Positions 1 through 9,708 of a stretch of DNA of 12,575 nt are shown one piece after another. The notes beneath the pieces were generated by a model, which searched no databases, was not told the DNA's origin, and saw only the letters and a list, made by a program, of their open reading frames with translations. The number at the start of each line of letters is the position of its first letter. Within the stretch, counting starts at the first letter, position 1. This DNA comes from Octopus sinensis (taxonomy: Eukaryota). The translations under genes were made by a program, and so were the position numbers. The stretch is taken from positions 1-12,575 of the forward strand of contig NW_021825476.1 of NCBI RefSeq assembly GCF_006345805.1, in the 5' to 3' direction.

Positions 1-118
1 ATGATGTTGATGGTAGTAATGATGGCAGTGGTGGTTGAGGTGGTGGTGGCGCTAACAGTGGCAGCTGGGTTTGGTATCCGTGACAACAACGACGACAACA
101 ACAACAGCAACACAACAA
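1..118. repeat. Degenerate trinucleotide low-complexity tract (GTG/ATG, then AAC/GAC)
   Basis: gtggtggttgaggtggtggtg at the start and gacaacaacgacgacaacaacaacagcaac at ~82-110. Confidence 0.75.
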
Positions 119-319
119 AGGAAGGAGATGGAGTATGTGGAATTTCAGAGAAGGTGGGTGGGTGGGTGCGACTGTGCTGATGAGGGTGGGGTGCAGTTGT
201 AAGAGAGGTTACCATTTCACACAATGGTTCACCTCATCATCCATAAAAACAAAAAGGTGTGTGAGGAGGGGGGTACAAGGAATTCCAAGAATCAATGAAT
301 TATTCAATAAATCTATGTA

Positions 320-403
320 CATTTATATTTATACACACATATATACATATATATAGATATATACACACACAGAGACATGTATATGTATATGTTGATATGA
401 ATT

Positions 404-433
<30 letters not shown>
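320..433. repeat. (TA)n/(CA)n compound microsatellite
   Basis: atacacacatatatacatatatatagatatatacacacacag, ending in a (TA)n run at ~405-433. Confidence 0.85.
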
Positions 434-434
<1 letters not shown>

Positions 435-483
435 CCCTCCTATTTACTTTTCCATGTATCTAACCACTAATGTGTTTATTTAA

Positions 484-1075
484 CTATCTATATACATACA
501 TGTTTATATGTATGTATCTAACTATCCTCCTATCTATCTTTTATCTACCCATCTATCTCCCTGTCTCTCTCTCTCTCTCTATCTATCTATATAACTATCT
601 ATCTATATGACTATCTAGCTATCAATCAATCTGTCTATTCATCTATCTACCTACCTGTCTCTCTCTCTCTCTCATTATATATATATATATAATATATATA
701 TTGATTGAGCTGTCTATCTATTCACCTATCTATCTATCTATCTACCTACCTACCTGTCTTTCAGTCTCTCTCTGTCTCTGTCTCTCTCTCTCTATATATA
801 TATGTATGTCTATCTATCTATCTTTCGATCGATCTATCTACCTACCTACCTACCTGTCTGTTTGTCTCTCTCTATCTCTCTATCTATCTATCTATCTATC
901 ACTTTATCTATCTGTCTGTCTATGTATCTTTTTATCTCTCTGTCAATCTATCTATCGATGGATTGTTCTGTCTATCTACTAACCTATCTATCTACCTACC
1001 TACCTATCTGTCTCTCTCTCTCTATCTATCTATCAATCGTTCTGCCTATCTATCCACCTATCTATCTGTCTACCT
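484..1075. repeat. Compound (TATC)n/(TACC)n/(TC)n microsatellite
   Basis: Continuous tatc/tcta/tacc/ctgt tetramers interleaved with (TC)n runs. It generates the spurious S/I/Y/L ORFs at 701-1157. Confidence 0.95.
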
Positions 1076-1159
1076 TCCTGGCTGCCTGGCTGTGACCTTT
1101 AAACAGAGAACATCACAGCATCTAATGATCCCACAGAAGACCCTTAGAATACTATAATT

Positions 1160-1680
1160 ATATCTCCCCTAACCCTGCCACCACCAACACCACTAATAAA
1201 ACAAACCGTAACAGCAACAACAACACCAGTACGATGTACAGGGCAAACAATATCAACACCACTGCCACATCCAACACTGTGACTAAATCCTCCTCATCAT
1301 CATCACCATCATCATCATTGATACCTTCACATAGCAAAACATCCCCCACCACCAGGAATAACAGAATTGCCAAAACCACTCCCACAATCCAATCAATACA
1401 ATTATCACCACGACCACCATGACCACCACCAAAACCACCACCACCGCCACCTCCAACAATATCAACAAACCACCACACCACCACTTACCAGCGATATCAC
1501 ACCACCAAACTCCCTCTACCACCAAAATCACCTGCCCCCACCACAACCACTGTCACTACCACCATCACCACCAGCCCCCACCATACCACCAGTATCATAT
1601 CTCCAAGCCCTTGCCATCATCACCACCAACAACAACAACAACAATAACATCAACACTACCATCACCATTGCCACTATTCC
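1160..1680. repeat. Cryptic (ACC/AAC/ATC)n trinucleotide region
   Basis: caccaccac, aacaacaac and catcatcat runs throughout; overlapping poly-T/H/V/G ORFs occur on both strands. Confidence 0.9.
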
Positions 1681-1691
1681 ACCTCAAGCAG

Positions 1692-1907
1692 CAATGGGGA
1701 GTTTTTATGTAGCAGCTTGACCTGCTAGAAATAACAACCAAATCTCCCTCGAATCAATTCTACCCTTTGAGAAAAAAAAATAAAACAAAACATAAGGACA
1801 TAACAGGTTCTGTGTTCCTCAAAAACATTCTTTTTTAACCAATTAAAGATGGATGGTCATGGGTGGAGAGCTTTTTGATCACAAGTGCGCTTGATCAGCA
1901 CTGACCA
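1692..1907 (+). mobile_element. Decayed 3' fragment of an interspersed repeat (cephalopod SINE-like)
   Basis: gacctgctagaaataacaaccaaatctccctc...gatggatggtcatgg...tttgatcacaag...cttgatcagcactgacc matches my recollection of an abundant octopus repeat body. No A/B box is present. The assignment is from recall and needs a RepeatMasker check. Confidence 0.5.
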
Positions 1908-1962
1908 ATTAAAATTAATTGAAATAAAGGCAATGTATTTCAACGGAAATATGGTAACAAAA
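1908..1962 (+). mobile_element. Truncated right end of a MITE related to the TTAA-MITEs at 10336-11263
   Basis: aattaattgaaa...caacggaaatatggtaacaaaa matches the MITE 3' end in this window (aattgaaagaaa...caacagaaatatggtaacaaaaggg) but lacks the terminal GGG-TTAA. Confidence 0.65.
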
Positions 1963-2018
1963 TTCAGAGATGTACTTGCATAGCAAGTGACCTGATCTGA
2001 GATCGTGTGCTGGAACGA

Positions 2019-2230
2019 AAACAATTGCAGCGTGGAAGGTGTTTGTAAGCCATTTAAGAAACACACAAAAACTGTTAGATTCACTTCAACATTTAAATTT
2101 AATTTGTCAAAATATTTTCGTCTCAAAGCGAAGAAAATATTTTGACAAATTAAATTTAAATGTTGAAGTGAATCTAATGGTTTTGTGTTTCTTAAATGGC
2201 TTATAAACACCTTCCACGCTGCAATAGTTT
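2019..2230. repeat. Long near-perfect inverted repeat (~100-bp arms, 13-nt loop)
   Basis: The reverse complement of 2024-2119 matches 2133-2225 with 3 substitutions and 3 bp of indel. The loop gtctcaaagcgaa is at 2120-2132; pairing extends to 2019/2230 with one mismatch. Confidence 0.95.
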
Positions 2231-2302
2231 ATGATAACCAAAATGGTTAAGAACCAGCACAAAATGATGGTGAACGAAAAACCTGTTGCACCAAAAAACC
2301 TC

Positions 2303-2452
2303 TTCCAGAGCAACACTTCTGGAACTTGTAGTTTCCCAAATGGAATTCCACAGGGAGCTGTTTTGTCACCCAATCTTTTCACTTTATATCTACAAAACCT
2401 TCTCACGCATTCACAAAATATGCAGACAACATCATACAAAAATAACTTCACA
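2303..2452 (+). pseudogene. Decayed non-LTR retrotransposon (LINE) reverse-transcriptase fragment
   Basis: Translation FPNGIPQGAVLSPNLFTLYLQNL matches the LINE RT motif G(V/I)PQG(S/A)xLSPxLFx(I/L)Y. At the expected YADD position, about 16 aa after that Tyr, the sequence reads SYKNNFT, so the catalytic aspartates are lost. Confidence 0.8.
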
Positions 2453-2649
2453 GACACATTATTCTCATATACTCCAGTTCGTTAGAGGATAAAGAATTTT
2501 TACCTGCCCCCTTTTTTTTTAATCACCTTGAAACATGTTCCTGCACTTAACCGATTCCATTGTCACTCGTTTTACTTTTCAGGAACACCAGACGATATCA
2601 GACACGATCCACCATCAGACACAGCAACACAAACACATGGAAAACAAAA

Positions 2650-3880
2650 CCACCCTTCCTCACCCACCTTTCATACCCATATATTTACTCACCCTTTTCT
2701 TAGATACTTTTTCATACACATCCTCAAAATCCACCCTTTTAATACCCTTTTAATACCCATTTACTTACCCATCTTCGATATCCACCCCATTCATACCCAC
2801 ATATTTATCCAGTCATTTCTTAACTAACCCTTCCTACATGGCTGCTACTTCCACCCCTTTCATATCCACATTTGTATCCATCCCTTTTTTAGCCACCCTT
2901 TTTTACCCACATTCAATATCCGCCCCTTTCATACCCATCTATGTACCCACATCTTTTATCAGCCACCCTTATGTACACATCTATATCCACCCATGTATTA
3001 ACCCCTTTTTATATCCACCTATGTATCAACCACTTTTCTTATCCACCCTTATTTACCCACCTTCTATATCCATCCTTTCCATACCCATCTATGTACCCAC
3101 ACCTTTTATCAGCCACCCTTATGTACACATCTTCTATATCCACCTATGTATCCATTCATTTTCATAACCACCCTTATTTACCCACCTTCTACACCCACCC
3201 CTTTCATACCCATCTATGTACCCACAATCAGCCACCCTTATGTACACATCTTCCATATCCACCCATGTATTAACCCCTTATTATATCCACCTATGTATCC
3301 ATCCCGTTTATAACCACCCTTATTTACCCACTTTCTAGATCCACCCCTTTCATACCCATCTATGTACCCACACCTTTTATCAGCCACCCTTTTGTACACA
3401 TCTTCTATATCCACCCATGTATTAACCCCTTATTATATCCACCTATGTATCCATCCCGTTTATAACCACCCTTATTTACCCACTTTCTAGATCCACCCCT
3501 TTCATACCCATCTATGTACCCACACCTTTTATCAGCCACCCTTTTGTACACATCTTCTATATCCACCCATGTATTAACCCCTTATTATATCCACCTATGT
3601 ATCCATCCCGTTTATAACCACCCTTATTTACCCACTTTCTAGATCCACCCCTTTCATACCCATCTATGTACCCACACCTTTTATCAGCCACCCTTTTGTA
3701 CACATCTTCCATATCCACCCATGTATTAACCCCTTATTATATCCACCTATGTATCCATCCCGTTTCATAACCACCCTTATTTACCCACCTCCTACATCCA
3801 CCCCTTTCATACCCATCTATGTACCCACCCAGCCACACTTACGAACACATCTCCCATATCCACCCCTTTTATACCCGTTA
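2650..3880. repeat. G-poor CCACCC-core satellite with a 152-bp higher-order repeat core (~2920-3830)
   Basis: The anchor catacccatctatgtaccc occurs at 2930, 3080, 3205, 3351, 3503, 3655 and 3808 (spacings 150, 125, 146, 152, 152, 153). Diverged ~20-28-bp monomers flank the core. Confidence 0.93.
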
Positions 3881-3939
3881 TTCTTACATGTTTGTCCACA
3901 CCAAAATGCATTTTCTCGTTCTCCATAAACGCACACATG

Positions 3940-5922
3940 CACACATACACATATATATGCACACTGCAGCACACACACACACATGTACGCTTACACAGAC
4001 ATACACACACACACACATATATATGCACACTGCGGCACACACACACACATGTACGCTTACACAGACATACACACACACACACATATATATGCACACTGCG
4101 GCACACACACACACATGTACGCTTACACAGACACACATACACATATATATGCACACTGCAGCACACACACACACATGTACGCTTACACAGACATACACAC
4201 ACACACACATATATATGCACACTGCAGCACACACACACACATGTACGCTTACACAGACATACACACACACACACATATATATGCACACTGCGGCACACAC
4301 ACACACATGTACGCTTACACAGACATACACACACATACACATATATATGCACACTGCAGCACACACACACACATGTACGCTTACACAGACATACACAAAC
4401 ACACACTATATATGCACACTGCGGCACACACACACAATGTACGCTTACACAGACATAACACACACACACACATATATATGCACACTGCGGCACACACACA
4501 CACATGTACGCTTACACAGACATACACACACATACACATATATATGCACACTGCAGCAACACACACACATGTACGCTTACACAGACATACACACACACAC
4601 ATATATATGCACACTGCGGCACAACACACCATGTACGCTTACACAGACATAACACCCACACACATATATATGCACACTGCGGCACACACACAACACATGT
4701 ACGCTTACACGACATACACACACATACACATATATATGCACCTGCAGCAGCACACACACACACATGTACGCTTACACAGACATACCACACACACACACTA
4801 TATATGCACACTGCGGCACACACACACACATGTACGCTTACACAGACATACACACACACACACATATATATGCACACTGCGGCAACACACAACACACATG
4901 TACGCTTACACAGACATACACACACATACACATATATATGCACACTGCAGCACACCAACACATGTACGCTTAACACAGACACATACCACACACCACACAC
5001 ACACATATATTGCACACTGCGGCACACACACACACATACGCTTACACAGACATACACACACACCACATATATATGCACACTGCGGCACACACCACACACA
5101 TGTACCTTACACAGACATACACACACACACACATATATATGCACTGCGCGCACACACACACACATGTACGCTTACACAGACATACACACACACACATATA
5201 TATGCACACTGCGGCACACACACACACACATGTACGCTTACACAGACATACCACACCACACACATATATATGCACACTGCGGCACAACACACACACACAT
5301 GTACGCTTACACAGACATACACACCACACACACATATATAGCACACTGCGGCACACACACACACACACATGTACGCTTACACAGACATACACACAACACA
5401 AACATATATATGCACACTGCGGCACACACACACACATGTACGCTTACACAGACATACACACACACACACACATATATGCACACTGCGGCACACACACACA
5501 CACATGTACGCTTACACAGACATACACACACACACACATATATATGCACACTGCGGCACACACACACACATGTACGCTTACACAGACATACACACACACA
5601 CACATATATATGCACACTGCGGCACACACACACACATGTACGCTTACACAGACATACACACACACACACATATATATGCACACTGCGGCACACACACACC
5701 ACATGTACGCTTACACAGACATACACACACACACATATATATGCACACTGCGGCACACACACACACACATGTACGCTTACACAGACATACACACACACAC
5801 ACATATATATGCACACTGCGGCACACACACACACATGTACGCTTACACAGACATACACACACATACACATATATATGCACACTGCAGCACACACACACAC
5901 ACATGTACGCTTACACAGACAT
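3940..5922. repeat. 66-bp minisatellite, ~30 copies
   Basis: Unit catatatatgcacactgc(g/a)gcacacacacacacatgtacgcttacacagacatacacacacaca(ca). gtacgc anchors at 3985, 4051, 4117, 4177, 4243, 4309 and 4375 give a period of 66 with one 6-bp deletion. Confidence 0.97.
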
Positions 5923-5929
5923 TCATCCT

Positions 5930-6662
5930 TACACACGTACACACATAAACATGCACACAAGTATATACACACGCATACAAACATGTATATATACACATAT
6001 ACCCGCGTGTCTATACACACACATGCATATACACTTATACACACATACACAAACATATGTATACATATACATACAAGCATACACATACACGTAATATACA
6101 CACACACATGCAAACATACATGCATGCATACACACGCACATGTACATACGCATACATGCAAACACACACACATGGATGCATGCACACATACTTACACACT
6201 CATACACACACATACACTCAAACATACACATATACATATACATACACATACAAACATACACACACATACTTGTATACACACAAACACATACATACATACA
6301 CACACAAATATACACATATACACACACATACTCGTATACACACAACCACATACACACACACACACTCATATACACACACATACTCGTATACACACAACCA
6401 CATACACACACACACTCATATACACACACATACTCGTATACACACAACCACATACACACACACTCATATACACACACATACTCGTATACACACAACCACA
6501 TACACACACACACTCATATACACACACATACTCGTATACACACAACCACATACACACACACACTCATATACACACACATACTCGTATACACACACACACT
6601 CATATACACACACATACTCGTATACACACACACACTCGTATACACATATACACACACACACA
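5930..6662. repeat. (CA/TA)n region containing a ~50-bp minisatellite (~6315-6620, ~6 copies)
   Basis: The ctcgtata anchor occurs at 6331, 6383, 6433, 6481, 6531, 6581, 6617 and 6635. Confidence 0.9.
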
Positions 6663-6867
6663 TGTTCGTCAATGTAGAAGGTTTTTGCATTTAAATTAAA
6701 AGGGAGAAGCGTTTTTATTGATATTCATGTATGGTTGGGGGGATCATGAAGGGGGGAGGGTACGTAGCCCTTGGCGTGGAGGAGGTATGTAGGGAGAGGA
6801 TAGGAGTGGGGACCTGGGGTGGCAGAGGGAAGGAAAAAGATCAATTTAAGAGAACATCATAGAGGAT

Positions 6868-7365
6868 GTCACACACACACACTTATAGATATACACACAC
6901 TTACACAACCACGCATATACAGAGAAGCACATACATATATGCACACATACATACACACACATACACATGCATAGACGCATATATACACAAGCACACACAC
7001 ATATACATACATACAGATATACACACATACATATATGCAAGCACATACACATATACATACATACACAGATATACACACATACATATATGCAAGCACATAC
7101 ACATATACACACACACACACACACTTATACATATACACATGCATACACAACCACGCATATACACAAACACATACATATACACGGATAGATGCATATATAC
7201 ACAGGCACACACACATATACAAACATACACACACACATGCATACACATAGATATACACCAGCATTTACATACACATGCATACACACATATATATATATGC
7301 AAGCACATACACATATACAAACACACACATACATACACACATATACATAAACACACACACACACA
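6868..7365. repeat. (CA/TA)n compound microsatellite with internal duplications
   Basis: cagatatacacacatacatatatgcaagcacatacacatatac occurs twice (~7013 and ~7065); acacaaccacgcatatac occurs at ~6903 and ~7145. Confidence 0.88.
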
Positions 7366-7376
7366 ATGCGTATAAC

Positions 7377-7480
7377 CAGCGCTCCGTTGGTTACAACAAC
7401 GAGCATTCCAGTTGATCCGATCAACAGAAGAGCCTGTGCTAGGGAAATTAACGTGCAAGTGGCCGAGTACTCCACAGACA
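7377..7480 (-). mobile_element. 3' segment of a tRNA-derived SINE, probably the same copy as 8072-8300
   Basis: cagcgctccgttggttacaac...gttgatccgatcaac...aaattaacgtgcaagtggccgagtactccacagaca matches the distal part of an octopus SINE consensus as I recall it, which continues into the sequence at 8074. Not verifiable inside the window. Confidence 0.6.
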
Positions 7481-7482
7481 TA

Positions 7483-7882
7483 CTCTTTACTTCTTTTACT
7501 CTTTTACTTGTTTCAGTCATTTGACTGCGGCCATGCTGGAGCACCGCCTTTAATCGAGCAACTCGACCCCGGGACTTATTCTTTTGTAAGCCCAGTACTT
7601 ATTCTATCGGTCTCTTTTGCCGAAACGCTAAGTAATGGGGACATAAACACACCAGCATCGGTTGTCAAGCAATGATAGGGGGCCAAACACACACACATGC
7701 ATGTATATATATACATATATACGACGGGCTTCTTTCAGTTTCCGTCTACCAAATCCACTCACAAGGCTTTGGTCGGCCCGAGGCTATAGTAGAAGACACT
7801 TGTCCAAGGTGCCATGCAGTGGGACTGAACCCGGAACAATGTGGTTGGTAAGCAAGCTACTTACCACACAGCCACTCCTGCA

Positions 7883-7884
<2 letters not shown>
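7483..7884 (-). mobile_element. Full-length tRNA-derived CORE-like SINE with internal (TA/CA) tract and (GAGTAAAA)-like tail
   Basis: The minus strand reads ggtgcaggag-TGGCTGTGTGG (A-box-like)...GGTTCAGTCCC (B-box-like)...ccttggacaagtgtctt (MIR/CORE-like CCTTGGGCAAGT), ending in gactgaaacaagtaaaagagtaaaagaagtaaagag. A homologous copy lies at 11546-11970. Confidence 0.88.

Positions 7885-7916
<32 letters not shown>
7885..7916. repeat. (TA)16 microsatellite between two SINE heads
   Basis: Pure TA run. Confidence 0.95.
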
Positions 7917-7917
<1 letters not shown>

Positions 7918-8072
7918 CGGGCTTCTTTCAGTTTCCATCTACCAAATCCACTCACAGGGCTTTGGTCGGCCTGAGGCTATAGTAGAAGACACTTGCCCAA
8001 GGTGCCATGCAGTGGGGCTGAACCTGGAACCATGTGGTTGGTAAACAAGCTACTTACCACACAGCCACTCCT
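7917..8072 (-). mobile_element. Second 5' half of the same SINE family, in tandem with 7483-7884
   Basis: About 94% identical by manual comparison to 7716-7880, with A/B-box-like motifs and ccttgggcaagtgtctt on the minus strand. Confidence 0.9.
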
Positions 8073-8300
8073 ATGCACCCTTAATGAAGTTCACAGGGAG
8101 ATTCAGTGAGGCACAGAATGTGACAAGGCTGTCCCCTTTGTAATTACAGGTACTGCTCATTTTTTGCCTGCTGTGTGTATTGGAGCAATAAAGTGAAATA
8201 AAGTGTCTTGCTCAAGGACAGAATGCACAGCCAGGAATTGGAACTCATGACTTCATGATCATGAGCTGAACGCACAAAACATTAAGCCATGTGCCTTCAC
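8072..8300 (-). mobile_element. 5' part of an older tRNA-derived CORE-like SINE
   Basis: The minus strand from 8300 reads gtgaaggcaca-TGGCTTAATG (A box)...GAGTTCCAATTCC (B box)...gtCCTTGAGCAAGACACTT (CORE-like). Confidence 0.8.
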
Positions 8301-8382
8301 ACACACACACACACACACACATACTTATAGAGATAAATACACAAACACATACACATACATACACAAATATATATATTTCTTT

Positions 8383-8685
8383 GGTAGTAGTAGTAGCAGT
8401 AGACGTTGTGGTGGTGGTGGTAGTAGTATTGGCAGTGATGATGGTGGAGGTAGTGGTGGTATTATTATTATCATTATTATTATTAGTAGTAGTGGTCATC
8501 GTGGAAGTAGCAGAAGTAATGGTGATGGTGGTGGTGGAGGTAGTAGAAACAGTGGTGATGGCGGTGGTGATTGTAGTAGTGGTAGTAGTATTGATGGTGA
8601 TGGTGGTATTATTATTATAATTATTAGTGGTGGTGGTGGTGGTAGTGGTAGTAGTAGTAGTGGCAGAAGTAGTAGTAGTAGTAGC

Positions 8686-8726
<41 letters not shown>

Positions 8727-8760
8727 CAGAAGTAGTAGTAGTAGTAAGTACAGCAGTAGT
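8383..8760. repeat. (GTA)n/(GTG)n/(ATT)n compound trinucleotide repeat
   Basis: Long gtagtagta and ggtggtggt runs with gcagaa interruptions repeated at ~8663, 8683 and 8725; source of the poly-V/T/L ORFs. Confidence 0.95.
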
Positions 8761-9285
8761 ATAGGCATTGGTGGTAATAGAGAGACCTAGTTCTTAGTCT
8801 GAAGTCGGATGATGGTGCAAGGGATAGAGGGGCGGGGTGTCGTCACAACAACGCCGGGGCCCCCAACAGCTAAGGTCTAACACTGAAATACACCCCACCA
8901 CCACCACCACCACACACACACACACCCCGTTTTTGTTTTTGGGGTCTTTTTAAAAAATTTTCTTTAGTATTTTAACCCACCAAACCAAACATGACCCTTC
9001 ACCTACCAAACACCTCCTCTCAACCCACCGAACATTCCTTCCCTCTTCACCACCCTGTATCCCAAGTACCCTCCCCCACTCCTTTTAACCCATTAAATCT
9101 CTCTCTCTCTCCCTCTTATCACCCCACAAAAAGCAAGCGACCCAACACGCCGAATGTTAATTCGGTTTTTAATTTTAAATTAAAGAAGGAAAGAACCAAA
9201 TTAAAATCGTTAAATAAAAATTCTCTTGAAAAGAAAGTAAGAAAATTCAGTGGTTTAAGTTAAAAAAAACCCAAATATATTCCAT

Positions 9286-9310
9286 TTGTTTATTCTTCTT
9301 CTTCTTCTTC

Positions 9311-9350
<40 letters not shown>

Positions 9351-9469
9351 TTTATTATTACTATTATTATTATTATTTTTATTATTATTATCATCATTAT
9401 TATTACTATTTTATTATTTTTATATTATTATTTCATTATTATTACTTATTATTATTTTTATTATTATTG

Positions 9470-9506
<37 letters not shown>

Positions 9507-9534
9507 TATTATTATTATTTTATTATTATTGTCA

Positions 9535-9565
<31 letters not shown>

Positions 9566-9708
9566 TATTATTATTATTTTTATATTATTATCATTATTAC
9601 TATTATTATTATTATTATTATTATTATCATTATTATTATTATTATTATTACTATTATTATTATTGTTATTCTTCTTCTTCTTCTTTTTCTTATTATTATT
9701 ATCATCAT
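9286..9708. repeat. (ATT)n microsatellite with (TTC)n ends
   Basis: About 420 bp of attattatt; source of the poly-I/L/Y ORFs. Confidence 0.97.

Noticed and set aside
1-180. 59-codon ORF from base 1 with a hydrophobic N-terminus
   Set aside because: The hydrophobic part is a (GTG/ATG) repeat and the polar part an (AAC) repeat, and it sits at the window edge without support.
177-230. CTGATGA hammerhead core (also on the minus strand at 10223-10229, and a partial CTGAGA...CGAAA at 1997-2020)
   Set aside because: None has a stem II closing onto a GAAA with the required conserved core.
701-1720. ORFs of 62-150 aa (S/I/Y/L-rich; poly-H, poly-T, poly-V)
   Set aside because: They lie entirely within tetranucleotide and trinucleotide microsatellites and have no domain content.
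1857-2457. Minus-strand ORFs of 117 aa and 116 aa
   Set aside because: They cross junctions between unrelated repeat fragments and lie antisense to the RT remnant, with no recognisable motifs.
3940-5922. Regular repeat array resembling CRISPR (also 2920-3830 and 10336-11263)
   Set aside because: There are no unique spacers between repeats and no cas genes, and the context is eukaryotic.
3807-6699. Long ORFs (452 aa, 731 aa and others) rich in H/T/Y or C/V/M on both strands
   Set aside because: They are translations of the 66-bp (multiple of 3) CA-rich repeat and adjacent (CA)n, which lack stops in most frames. All frames and both strands are open, and continuity depends on probable error indels. 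They are not His-rich or metallothionein-like genes.
7125-8044. ORFs overlapping the SINE cluster (also 11309-12495)
   Set aside because: They are translations of SINE and MITE sequence; similar peptides recur wherever the repeat recurs (e.g. RRHLxKVPCSGT).
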